Assembly (NCBI GenBank): GCA_032249135.1
Contig: JAVVGL010000025.1
Coordinates: 1 to 24,788, forward strand
Origin: Candidatus Calescibacterium sp.
Lineage (GTDB): Bacteria > Calescibacteriota > Calescibacteriia > Calescibacteriales > Calescibacteriaceae
Reading direction: 5' to 3'
Length of the DNA stretch: 24,788 nucleotides
Below are positions 15,894 through 24,480 of the stretch, in pieces (the first letter of the stretch is position 1; every line of letters begins with the position of its first letter). The position numbers and the translations under genes are program-made. The notes under the pieces are model-generated. The model worked only from the letters and a program-made list of their open reading frames with translations. It made no database searches and was not told where the DNA came from.

Positions 15894-17157
15894 ACACATC
15901 GTAAATATAAAATGTTCCTGTTATAAGTATTATTTCGCCATTTTTTGAGATATCTGCACATAAAAACGGGGCTTCTTCGTAGGTGACAATTTTTATCTTT
16001 GGAGCTATCTTTTCACTCTCTGCAAACTCCTTTATTTTCTCTTCTTCTACCCATCTCTCATCAGGAAACCTTGTGATAAAGAGTTGCTCTATTTTTGGTG
16101 ATAAAATTTTCAAGAACTCTCTCCAATTTTTGTCTTTCCTGAAAGATACTAACACGTTGATTTTTTTATCTTTTATGCTATCTTCAAGGGCTTGGAATAT
16201 TGCTTTGGCTGAAATCGGGTTATGTCCGCCATCATATATTATGTTATCAAAATATTCAAATCTTCCCTTTATGTGGCTGAGATCAAAATCAAAATTTTTT
16301 ATGTATTTGCCAAAGAATTCTTGTAAGATAAAGAAGGAAGAAAACGAGGCGAGAACTGCATTCTCTAAAAAAGGTTTTACTCCTGAAAAATTAATTTCAA
16401 TACATTCTTGGAACTTGCTTTTTTCAAAAGCTAAAAGATTAATTTTGTACCAAAATCCATCTTTTTTTTCATTTTTTATTTCCCACCAGAAATCGTTTAT
16501 TATTTGACCTTTTGAGACCAAAGATATAACTTCGTATTGGGGTTCTCCTTTTTTATGGATTGTGATTCTTGTTGATTCTGGGGGAACGCAAAGAGCTTTT
16601 TCGTAGGCTATACTTTTTATATCGTCACCTAAGACATCTTCGTGGTCTTTATCTATTCTTGATATTACGCCTATTTTTGATTTTGCACAGGCTACCGCAT
16701 CAAGTCTTCCACCAAGACCTATCTCGCATGATGTGAAATCTACTTTGTTTTCTGCAAAAAATAAAAAAGCCATAACAGTTGAATGTTCAAAGTATGTCAG
16801 CTCTACTCCCCTTTTTATTTCAGCTTTCCACACTTCATTTGAAAAATAGGAAATCTCTTCATCTGAAATTTCTTGTGATTTTCTGTCTTTCACGATTTTT
16901 ATTCTCTCTGAAAATCTTTCAAGATGAGGTGAGGTGTAGAGCCCTATTTTCCCGAACCGAGAAAGCTCAAATGCTATTTCGGTTGTAACTTGACCTTTAC
17001 CTACGGTTCCAGCTACGGTGACTGACTCAAATTTTTTCTGTGGATTTCCAAAATATTCCAATATTTTTTCTATTCTTTCTAACCCTAATGCTATTTTACT
17101 TTCTTTTTTTGAAAATAGGGGAATGTCGTTTGTTTTTTGAATTTTTAGTCTTTCCAC
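15829..17157 (-). CDS. folC: Folylpolyglutamate synthase/dihydrofolate synthase (divergent)
   Basis: LGLERI, VAGTVGKG, GLYTSPHL...ERI, TYFE, EIGLGGRLDA, DHEDVLG, GRFE, DGGHNP, ITGTFY. Confidence 0.9.
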   Translation of the reverse strand: MERLKIQKTNDIPLFSKKESKIALGLERIEKILEYFGNPQKKFESVTVAGTVGKGQVTTEIAFELSRFGKIGLYTSPHLERFSERIKIVKDRKSQEISDEEISYFSNEVWKAEIKRGVELTYFEHSTVMAFLFFAENKVDFTSCEIGLGGRLDAVACAKSKIGVISRIDKDHEDVLGDDIKSIAYEKALCVPPESTRITIHKKGEPQYEVISLVSKGQIINDFWWEIKNEKKDGFWYKINLLAFEKSKFQECIEINFSGVKPFLENAVLASFSSFFILQEFFGKYIKNFDFDLSHIKGRFEYFDNIIYDGGHNPISAKAIFQALEDSIKDKKINVLVSFRKDKNWREFLKILSPKIEQLFITRFPDERWVEEEKIKEFAESEKIAPKIKIVTYEEAPFLCADISKNGEIILITGTFYIYDVFKKAVHLLSSQTAESSEGREK

Positions 17158-17531
17158 GATTCTGCAAGTTTTTCTTTGAGAGTTGCGGGTTTAAAAGGTT
17201 TTACTATGTAATTTGTGACACCTTCTTGAATAGCTGTGAGAACTTTTTCTTTTTCTGCTTCTGCTGTCAGCATAATTACTGGAGTATCTTTATATGCTGG
17301 CATCTTTCTTAGCTCCCTTAAAACATCAATTCCTTGCATAATTGGCATGTTCCAATCAAGGAATATAAGGTCAAATTTTTTCATTCTGAGTTTTTCAAGG
17401 GCATCCTGCCCATTTTCTGCCTCCTCTACATTCATATATCCGAGCTGTGCAAGAATATCTCTTACTATTTTTCTTATCAGAGGTTGATCATCTACTAAAA
17501 GTATTTTTATTTCTTTTGGCGGCAAACCCAT
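17145..17531 (-). CDS. cheY: Single-domain response regulator, CheY-like
   Basis: LLVDD, FLDWNMP (phosphoacceptor Asp), IMLTAE, YIVKPF; 128 aa with no output domain. Confidence 0.85.
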   Translation of the reverse strand: MGLPPKEIKILLVDDQPLIRKIVRDILAQLGYMNVEEAENGQDALEKLRMKKFDLIFLDWNMPIMQGIDVLRELRKMPAYKDTPVIMLTAEAEKEKVLTAIQEGVTNYIVKPFKPATLKEKLAESWKD

Positions 17532-17724
17532 ATAATAGAAATTTTACCAATATGTTTTTGCTAACTTAATTAGCATTTACCTTTGTAAAGCCATTTTATC
17601 TTTACTATATAAATACGATCTTATATGTGTTATTAGCATTATTAAAGAAAGTAATGTAATTTTTAGAAATTTTGATAAATTTGACATAAAATATACTTGC
17701 AAAAGTTATATAAATTTGATCTTA

Positions 17725-17739
17725 TGATAAAATTTATCA
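17725..17739. promoter_or_regulatory. Perfect palindrome immediately before marR start, candidate autoregulatory operator
   Basis: TGATAAA-A-TTTATCA ends 3 nt before ATG 17743. Confidence 0.45.
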
Positions 17740-17742
17740 AAA

Positions 17743-18507
17743 ATGAAATATGAAAAACAAGAAGATATGGAATACGATAACCAAAAGGATAAATTAAATA
17801 TAAATGAGAAGGAAATAGAGAAAAGATGGGAGGCTCAACCTTTCAATCCTATGCTCTATGAGAATGAAGCGGAAAGCAAAATAATAGTACTTATTGACAC
17901 ATTATCTAAGATGATCAACTCTGAAATTTGGAAGGCAATCAAGAATTTCAATATAAGTCTCACGCAAGCACAAATTATAACTTATCTACTATTTTCACCT
18001 AACAACAAAAAGAATATAAGCTATATTGCAAACAGCTTAGGTGTGTCAAAACCAACAATCTCTCGCGCCGTGGATAATCTGATAGATAAGGGGATAATTG
18101 AAAAAGCTGTTAATCCAGAAAACAGAAGATCCCATATTTTGACGCTTACTCAAAAGGGAATTCAGATTGCTCTCCATATATTTGAATACTTTTCGCAAAT
18201 GAGAAAAATACTTGCTAACTCAGGTGTTGAGGAAAAAAAGGAAATTTTAAAATCTCTCCTCTGGATTTTATATAAATTGGTTGAAAATAAAATTTTGCCA
18301 CAAATTCCATCTTGTATTTTCTGTCAAAATATGGTATCGGAACAGGATATATTTTCAGGGAGCGATGGCAGTATTTGGTGCAAAAAACTTAATCTTTTTC
18401 TTATTTTAGAAACCTTAAAAATAGATTGTCCATATTTTCAAAGCAAATATTCTTCTGAAGGAAAAGTGAAAGTTAGAAAGCGTAGAAGGAAAGAAATATC
18501 AGTTTAG
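17743..18507 (+). CDS. MarR-family regulator with C-terminal four-Cys domain
   Basis: ISLTQAQII...ISYIANSLGVSKPTISRAVDNLIDKGII...ENRRSHILTLTQKG winged helix; CIFC...WC...DC tail. Start may be 17767. Confidence 0.88.
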   Translation: MKYEKQEDMEYDNQKDKLNINEKEIEKRWEAQPFNPMLYENEAESKIIVLIDTLSKMINSEIWKAIKNFNISLTQAQIITYLLFSPNNKKNISYIANSLGVSKPTISRAVDNLIDKGIIEKAVNPENRRSHILTLTQKGIQIALHIFEYFSQMRKILANSGVEEKKEILKSLLWILYKLVENKILPQIPSCIFCQNMVSEQDIFSGSDGSIWCKKLNLFLILETLKIDCPYFQSKYSSEGKVKVRKRRRKEISV

Positions 18508-19395
18508 TCTCAATTTGAAATAGTAAATATAAGATATTGTTTTTGAAATAATTTTCGCTGATGTCACTTCGGAGTGGAAACTTTTTTCATCCTCATCGGG
18601 ACACATTTCCACAAAGTCAGCTCCGCATATTTTACCTTTAAAATTGCTTATTATAGATTTTATAATATAAGTTGCCTCTCTGAAAGAAAAACCAGGCGGC
18701 TCTGGGGTACTTAGGTGAGGTATGGAGGACGGGTCAAGGAAATCGTAATCAAAACTCAAATAAAGTAAATCTGATTTTTTATTTAGAGCCTCTACCTTTT
18801 CTTCTAATATTTCAAGCGAAGGTATATAAGGGTTTTTATCAAAGAAATCTTCAAAGAAGATGAATTTATCTTCAACTCCTAACTTTTTTATTTCATCTAA
18901 TTCTTTGGGAGATATGTTTCTTACTCCTATACATAAAAAATCTTCAATATAGGGTATAGAAAGATAAAGAGCACAAGCGTGAGACAATTTATTCCCTTCA
19001 AATTCACTGAACATATCTGCATGGGCATCAAAAAATATTGCTGAGATTTTACCATAAAACGAACTTATACCTTTGAGTATCCTATGTGTTATAAAATGTT
19101 CTCCTCCTACGGTTATTGGTATTTTCCCTTGTGATACAATATATCTTACCTTTTCTTCAAGTTCGTCTAAATTATGTACTTTTTCAGTTGTGTATATCCC
19201 ACAGTGTGTGAAATTAATTTTTAGTTCTGTGTCTATATCTTCTATTTGCCATGAAGCTCTTATTATTTTTTCAGGTGCTTTTTCTGCTCCTTTTCTACCA
19301 CAAGAGGTTCCTCCTATTTCTGCTGGTATTATTATGAATTTTGAATCGTCAAATGAGGAATCTACATTAAGAAATTTCTGTGAGGCTTTTCCCAT
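18499..19395 (-). CDS. speB: Agmatinase (ureohydrolase family)
   Basis: GGEH, DAHAD, SHAC, SFDYDFLDP, TPEPPG, DFVE; directly follows the arginine decarboxylase. Confidence 0.9.
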   Translation of the reverse strand: MGKASQKFLNVDSSFDDSKFIIIPAEIGGTSCGRKGAEKAPEKIIRASWQIEDIDTELKINFTHCGIYTTEKVHNLDELEEKVRYIVSQGKIPITVGGEHFITHRILKGISSFYGKISAIFFDAHADMFSEFEGNKLSHACALYLSIPYIEDFLCIGVRNISPKELDEIKKLGVEDKFIFFEDFFDKNPYIPSLEILEEKVEALNKKSDLLYLSFDYDFLDPSSIPHLSTPEPPGFSFREATYIIKSIISNFKGKICGADFVEMCPDEDEKSFHSEVTSAKIISKTISYIYYFKLRLN

Positions 19396-19956
19396 TTACG
19401 GAACAAACACTGCTGCGGAAACTACTGTTACCCACTCATTGTTTTGTCTACATTCAGCGTCTACTGATATATAAGATGTCCTTATTTTGTATCCGTTAAG
19501 ATTTAGGACTTCTTTCGCTTTAATTAGATCTTCATCTACATCATATTCGTAGCCCAATATTGTAGCTAACATATACGCTGCTATTTTTTCTGCTCTTTTC
19601 CCAGCTTCTTCTTTTGTCATACCGAAAGCATGGAACTCGGAAAGATAACCATGTATGTTTTCATTTTCTGGTATTGCAAGCCCAACAGATGCTGAAACTA
19701 TTCTGCCTTTTTCACAGGCGGAGTTTTTTGAAAGAACACAGAAGACGATCTGTCCTGCTTTTAGTTCCTTTAACCCTTCTTCAATTGATACTAACTTTGC
19801 ACCCGGAGGAATTATTGATGATACATTCACAAGATTGAATTGACCTATTTTTGCATCTCGTAGAGCTAACTCAAATGAGGCTAATTCTTCTTTGTGGTAA
19901 CCTACCCCTTTTGTCAGGAAAAACTTTCTTGGGACGAAACTTATTTTTGGTTCCAC
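19396..19956 (-). CDS. pdaD: Pyruvoyl-dependent arginine decarboxylase
   Basis: FVPRKFFLTKGVG, SFELALRDA, NLVNVSSIIPP (Ser-Ser self-cleavage site), GYLSEFH; GGAGG SD before GTG. Confidence 0.95.
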   Translation of the reverse strand: MEPKISFVPRKFFLTKGVGYHKEELASFELALRDAKIGQFNLVNVSSIIPPGAKLVSIEEGLKELKAGQIVFCVLSKNSACEKGRIVSASVGLAIPENENIHGYLSEFHAFGMTKEEAGKRAEKIAAYMLATILGYEYDVDEDLIKAKEVLNLNGYKIRTSYISVDAECRQNNEWVTVVSAAVFVP

Positions 19957-19990
19957 TGCTTTTCCCTCCCCTTTTTGTTTATTTTATTAA

Positions 19991-20051
19991 TTTGAAGGAA
20001 AAAATAAATTTTCGTTTTGGAAGAAAGAAAAAAACGAAATTTTTCTTCAAA
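19991..20051. promoter_or_regulatory. Long bulged inverted repeat in pdaD/mce divergent region
   Basis: Outer arms TTTGAAG(G)AAAAA / TTTTTCTTCAAA; inner arms TTTCGTTTT (20010-20018) / AAAACGAAA (20031-20039); 12-nt purine loop. Confidence 0.5.
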
Positions 20052-20065
20052 AATTTTATAGATAA

Positions 20066-20084
20066 TTTTGTGGATACCACAAAA
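20066..20084. promoter_or_regulatory. Perfect 8-bp-arm palindrome, candidate operator
   Basis: TTTTGTGG-ATA-CCACAAAA, 17 nt upstream of the mce ATG. Confidence 0.55.
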
Positions 20085-20101
20085 GATATAAATATTAGAT
20101 A

Positions 20102-20866
20102 ATGAAGGAGGGTTTAGATATGTTTGGGGAGTTTGAAAGGGAAAAGGCTTTGCTCCGAGCCATTTTGGAACCATACTTTAATTTGAAAGAAGACGGTGAA
20201 TATTTGATAGCTGAAAAAGATGGGAAAAGAGATTTATGGGCTATAAAGATAAATCCACCGACTCCCGCATCGTGTGAGATGACTGCAGGTAAAGTTATTG
20301 AGTTCAAACCATCGGGCTATGTTTTTGTTGTAAGCCAGTTTGAGGATTGGGTTCAAGCTCTTTCAGATTCTTTGAGAGAAAAAAATTTTAATATATCAGT
20401 AAAGAGAGTTTCTCCAATAGATATTGGAGCTATGACGGCGGGATTTTTACCATTTTCAGAACATATCGGAGTTGCTGTGAGAAATCTTGATGAAGCCGAA
20501 AAAAAGTTTGAAGATGTCCTTGGAATAAAACCATCAGGAAGACATAAAGTTGAAACAGAGGGACTTACAGCATCTTTTATATGGGTCGGAGCAACTCGTA
20601 TAGAGCTTCTTGAACCTTTCAGTGATAGCTCTGCTGTCAAATCCTTTCTTGAAAAAAGAGGAGAGGGCATTCATCATATAGCCGTTGAAGTAGATGACTT
20701 TGATAGAAAAGTAGAGGAGCTTAAAAATAAAGGATACAAGATAATAGGTCCCAGAATAGGAGCAACGGGTAAGAGAGTAGTTTTTATTCATCCAAAAGAT
20801 TTTCTCGGAATTTTACTTGAACTTGTGGAGAAGGGATACAGAGCAAAGTCTTTTGAGGATCATTGA
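20102..20866 (+). CDS. mce: Methylmalonyl-CoA epimerase (VOC fold) with an extra ~115-aa N-terminal domain
   Basis: C-half has HIGVAVRNLDEA, IELLEP, FLEKRGEGIHHIAVEVDD, VFIHPKD..GILLELVE. The N-half is not VOC-like. Confidence 0.88.
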   Translation: MKEGLDMFGEFEREKALLRAILEPYFNLKEDGEYLIAEKDGKRDLWAIKINPPTPASCEMTAGKVIEFKPSGYVFVVSQFEDWVQALSDSLREKNFNISVKRVSPIDIGAMTAGFLPFSEHIGVAVRNLDEAEKKFEDVLGIKPSGRHKVETEGLTASFIWVGATRIELLEPFSDSSAVKSFLEKRGEGIHHIAVEVDDFDRKVEELKNKGYKIIGPRIGATGKRVVFIHPKDFLGILLELVEKGYRAKSFEDH

Positions 20867-20902
20867 AAAAGTCAGGTTAGAGGATCAAAATTAAATTTGA
20901 AT

Positions 20903-22624
20903 TCAAATTTCCGAAATCATTTTTTTGATTTCCTCTACTGATTTTTCAGGTTCAACTTCTTTTTTTGTCTTTTTTAGTCTATCTATTATTTCTATTTTCC
21001 CTTTTTCTTTGAGTGTTTTCCCTATCACAATTTTTATTGGAGCTCCCCAAAGATCGCAATCTGCAAATTTTTCTCCGGGGCTCACATCTTCTCTATCATC
21101 AAGCAAAGATATATCTTCAAGTTCTGCATGAATTTTTTCTGCTGCGGCTAAAATAGCTTCGTCTTTCATATTTATGGGAATTATATGGACTTTGAATGGC
21201 GCAACTTCTGGAGGGAAAGCCACACCTGTGTCATCTCCGAATTTTTCAGCAAGTGCCGCAACAGTTCTTGAAACACCTATTCCGTAGCATCCCATAACTA
21301 CAAATTTTTTCTCTTTGTTTTTATCTGTGTATGTAAGTCCCATAGGCTCTGAGTATTTTTTACCAAGATAAAAAACGTGTCCGAGTTCAAGACCTATTTT
21401 CTCTTTCAAGATACCTTCTTTGCATTCTGGGCATATATCACCTTCTTCTGCGTATGCTATATCGTATATTTCGTTTATTGGAAAATCTCTGCCGGGAACA
21501 ACATTTATGTAGTGGTAATCATCTTCATCTGCTCCTGCGACTCCGTCAACGCAATCAAGAACCGTTCTATCTACTATGATTTTGCCTTTGTATTTTAGGG
21601 GACCTATAAATCCCTTTCCTGCTCCGAAAATTTTTCTAACATCTTCTTCGCTTGCAAGTTCAAAGTTTTCTCCTAAAACTTTTGCTAATTTGTCCTCTGA
21701 AATTTGCCTATCTCCTCTCACAAGACACAAGTAGTATTTTCCGCTTTCAGTTTTTACGAAGAAGGATTTTATTATTTTTGATGTTGGAATTTTTAGGAAT
21801 TTTGCGAGCTCTTCCACTGTTGTTGTTGATGGTGTATATACTTTGCTTTTTGGGGGTATGGTTGAGGTTTTGCTTTTAAGATTAGCTATTTTCTCATCAA
21901 CATTTACAAAAAAGCTTGAAATTTCTTTTTTTGAAATGAAATTGCATTTTTGACACTCCATAATTTTGTCCTCTCCATATTCTGTTGGGAATATGAATTC
22001 ATGAGAGAATTTTCCTCCTATTGCTCCAACTGCGGCTTGAACTGGTATCACATCAAGTTTCATTCTTTCAAAGATTCTTTCGTATGCTTTGTAAAATTTC
22101 CAGTAGGTTTTTTCTGCTTCTTCTTCTGTCCTGTCAAATGAATATGCGTCTTTCATTATGAATTCTCTTGCTCTTATTATTCCAAACCGTGGTCTTGCCT
22201 CATCTCTGAATTTCGGTCCTATTTGAAAAAGAGAAAATGGAAGATCTCTCCAAGATGAGATTGCAAATCTAACAAGGTCAACTATTATTTCCTCATGTGT
22301 TGGTGCGAGACAGAAATCTCTTTCGTTTCTATCTTTAAATCTGATGAGTTCCTTGCCATATACATACCATCTTCCAGTTTCTTTCCAGATTTCGGCTGGG
22401 TTCATAATTGGTAGAATAACCTCAAAACAGTTTATTTTTTCCATCTCTTCTCTTATAATTTTTTCTACATTTTTCAGAATCTTAAAGCCAAGGGGGGTAA
22501 AATCATATATGCCGGAAGCTAACCTTTTTATATATCCACCTTTTGTAAGAATAATATGGCTTTTTGACTCTGCATCTTTTGGAGTTTCCCTCAAAGAAAA
22601 TATAAAATATTCTGATACCTTCAT
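20903..22624 (-). CDS. proS: Proline--tRNA ligase, bacterial type with editing (INS) domain
   Basis: LAPTHEE, FQIGPKFRDEARPRFGIIRAREFIMKDAYSF, GAIGGKFSHEF, GFIGP INS domain, ELGHVFYLG, MGCYGIGVSR. Start ATG 22624 or GTG 22633. Confidence 0.98.
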   Translation of the reverse strand: MKVSEYFIFSLRETPKDAESKSHIILTKGGYIKRLASGIYDFTPLGFKILKNVEKIIREEMEKINCFEVILPIMNPAEIWKETGRWYVYGKELIRFKDRNERDFCLAPTHEEIIVDLVRFAISSWRDLPFSLFQIGPKFRDEARPRFGIIRAREFIMKDAYSFDRTEEEAEKTYWKFYKAYERIFERMKLDVIPVQAAVGAIGGKFSHEFIFPTEYGEDKIMECQKCNFISKKEISSFFVNVDEKIANLKSKTSTIPPKSKVYTPSTTTVEELAKFLKIPTSKIIKSFFVKTESGKYYLCLVRGDRQISEDKLAKVLGENFELASEEDVRKIFGAGKGFIGPLKYKGKIIVDRTVLDCVDGVAGADEDDYHYINVVPGRDFPINEIYDIAYAEEGDICPECKEGILKEKIGLELGHVFYLGKKYSEPMGLTYTDKNKEKKFVVMGCYGIGVSRTVAALAEKFGDDTGVAFPPEVAPFKVHIIPINMKDEAILAAAEKIHAELEDISLLDDREDVSPGEKFADCDLWGAPIKIVIGKTLKEKGKIEIIDRLKKTKKEVEPEKSVEEIKKMISEI

Positions 22625-22629
22625 AGATA

Positions 22630-22646
22630 ACACAATTTAATTGTGT
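22630..22646. promoter_or_regulatory. Perfect palindrome at the proS start
   Basis: ACACAATT-T-AATTGTGT. Confidence 0.4.
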
Positions 22647-22707
22647 AAAGATAATAGAAAAATTTAGCAGTTTCATATTCCTTTATACATATTTCTTCTC
22701 AAAAAAT

Positions 22708-23451
22708 TTATCTTGAAAGAGGAGTTCTTGCAAGTGCAAAAGCTATAACATCCTTTGCCCCTTTTTCCCTTAAAACTTTGCTACATTCAGATAAGGTTGA
22801 GCAAGTTGTCGCAACATCATCTACAAGCAAAACTATTTTACCTTTCACATCTTTCACGCATACGAAAGCTCCACGAGGATTTGAAATTCTTTCTTCTTTT
22901 GGTATATCAAGTTGAGACGAAGTATTTTTGATTTTTTCCAGTGCAAAAACTACCGGTTTTGATGAAATTCTTGAAACCAAATATGCTATTGAAAAGGATG
23001 GATTATAACCTCTTTTGACAAACTTTGAAATATAAGAAGGAACAGGAACTACTATATCAAAATCTATACCAGAAACAATTTTCTGTATATCATAAGAGAA
23101 AGCCTCTAATACAAAAAGTTTTCCTTCAAACTTTATTTTTTGCAAAATAACTTCACCATACCCACTATAAGAGAAAATAGAAAAAAGCTTTGAAAAATTG
23201 AACTCAAAACTTGCACAATCTGGACACTCCATATTTTCAGGTAAAACAAGAGAACATCTTTTACAATGAGGGAAATTTTCAATAAAATCTATTTTGCTTT
23301 TGCATTCAGAACAAAGAGAGAGCTCCGAAACTTCACTACAAATGATACAGTTTGGAGGAAAGAAAAGATAAGAAAAAGACTGAAAAAGCGATTTTATAAA
23401 ACTCAAAGATTTTTCAAGAAAAAGCGAGAAAGAAAAATTATCAGACTTCAT
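22708..23451 (-). CDS. comF: ComF-family protein (double zinc ribbon plus PRTase domain)
   Basis: Four CxxC pairs, VPVP, RGYNPS, VLLVDDVATT, FALAR. Confidence 0.92.
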   Translation of the reverse strand: MKSDNFSFSLFLEKSLSFIKSLFQSFSYLFFPPNCIICSEVSELSLCSECKSKIDFIENFPHCKRCSLVLPENMECPDCASFEFNFSKLFSIFSYSGYGEVILQKIKFEGKLFVLEAFSYDIQKIVSGIDFDIVVPVPSYISKFVKRGYNPSFSIAYLVSRISSKPVVFALEKIKNTSSQLDIPKEERISNPRGAFVCVKDVKGKIVLLVDDVATTCSTLSECSKVLREKGAKDVIAFALARTPLSR

Positions 23452-23458
23452 AGTTTAT

Positions 23459-24358
23459 TTACTTTTTCTTTTCTGTGCTCTTTTTGCTTTTTGCTTTCTT
23501 TTTATTGAGAATATGTAGTTCAATTAGTTTCAAAGCTCCGTAAGCGCCCGAGTACTCTTCAAGCTGAGCTGGAAGAATATTTAAGCTGCGAAAGATTGGT
23601 TCTATCAGTAATTTCTTTGAGTAATCTTTTACCATATCAAGAACCTTTGGAAAATGCCGAATAACACCGCCGGAGATTATAATGGCGTGAGGATTAAATA
23701 TATGAGCCAGAGTTTGAATGACTTTTGCAGTGTAAAAAGAAAAAGTATCAAGAGCCTTCAAAGCATATTCATTCTGCGAGTTAGCCAAAGAAACTATCTC
23801 CTCAGGAGTTCTTAACTCGCCTGTTATATCTTTGTAGTATCTTGATATAGCTCTTGCAGAGACAAATTCCTCTGTGCAGCCTACCCTACCGCATGCGCAG
23901 ACTCTTCTGCTATCTTCAACTAATGGTATATGTCCGACTTCCATTGCGATTCCATCTGCTCCAAAAAGAGGTTTCCCATCTATCACAGCTCCTCCGCCTA
24001 ATCCTGTTCCCAAAGTTATGCAGAGAACAATTCCTTTTTTTCTCCAAGGTTTCCCTGCGCCGAACCAGACCTCTCCTAAGCATGCGAGGGTAGCGTCATT
24101 TGCCACCGCAAATTCTTTTCCTTGAATTTCAATTTTTTTACCATCAAGATAAGGTATGTTTGGAGATTGAAAGATGAAGCCATCAAAACTTACGAATCCA
24201 GCAACTGCAATTCCTACACCGTCATAACCTTCTGATATTTTGTTAAGAAAATCAAGAAGGCCAGAAAAGTTTCCGGGATTACTCTCTAAAAATTTTTTAC
24301 CTTCTGAATCAACAACTTTCAAATACGAACCGCCTATATCTATACCCATCAGCTTCAT
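23459..24358 (-). CDS. ROK-family sugar kinase (probable glucokinase)
   Basis: GIDIGGS, ANDATLACLGE, LGTGLGGG, EVGH, CACGRVGCTE; no N-terminal HTH. Start ATG 24358 or GTG 24364. Confidence 0.92.
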   Translation of the reverse strand: MKLMGIDIGGSYLKVVDSEGKKFLESNPGNFSGLLDFLNKISEGYDGVGIAVAGFVSFDGFIFQSPNIPYLDGKKIEIQGKEFAVANDATLACLGEVWFGAGKPWRKKGIVLCITLGTGLGGGAVIDGKPLFGADGIAMEVGHIPLVEDSRRVCACGRVGCTEEFVSARAISRYYKDITGELRTPEEIVSLANSQNEYALKALDTFSFYTAKVIQTLAHIFNPHAIIISGGVIRHFPKVLDMVKDYSKKLLIEPIFRSLNILPAQLEEYSGAYGALKLIELHILNKKKAKSKKSTEKKK

Positions 24359-24480
24359 CTTCACAACAATAAAAAGTTTTTTCTTTTATAAAAAGTTTGG
24401 TTTATAAAAAATTTTTCTTTTGTAATTTATTGTGTTCTTTTAGAAGTTTTTTTCTCTTCTTTTAAAAGCCTTTTCCTTTT

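Noticed and set aside
15983..16507. 174-aa plus-strand ORF and the other short ORFs inside real genes (for example 19073-19474, 20353-20670, 22344-22640)
   Set aside because: Antisense or off-frame shadows of well-supported genes, with S/F/I-rich mirror composition.
17559..17575. CIRCE (HrcA) element
   Set aside because: Half-sites are in the opposite order, with the wrong spacing, relative to TTAGCACTC-N9-GAGTGCTAA.
20069..20077. DnaA box or oriC (TGTGGATAC)
   Set aside because: A single 8/9 match embedded in a palindrome, with no box cluster.
24365..24480. Terminator or repeat in the A/T-run region
   Set aside because: Low-complexity sequence with no GC-rich stem.
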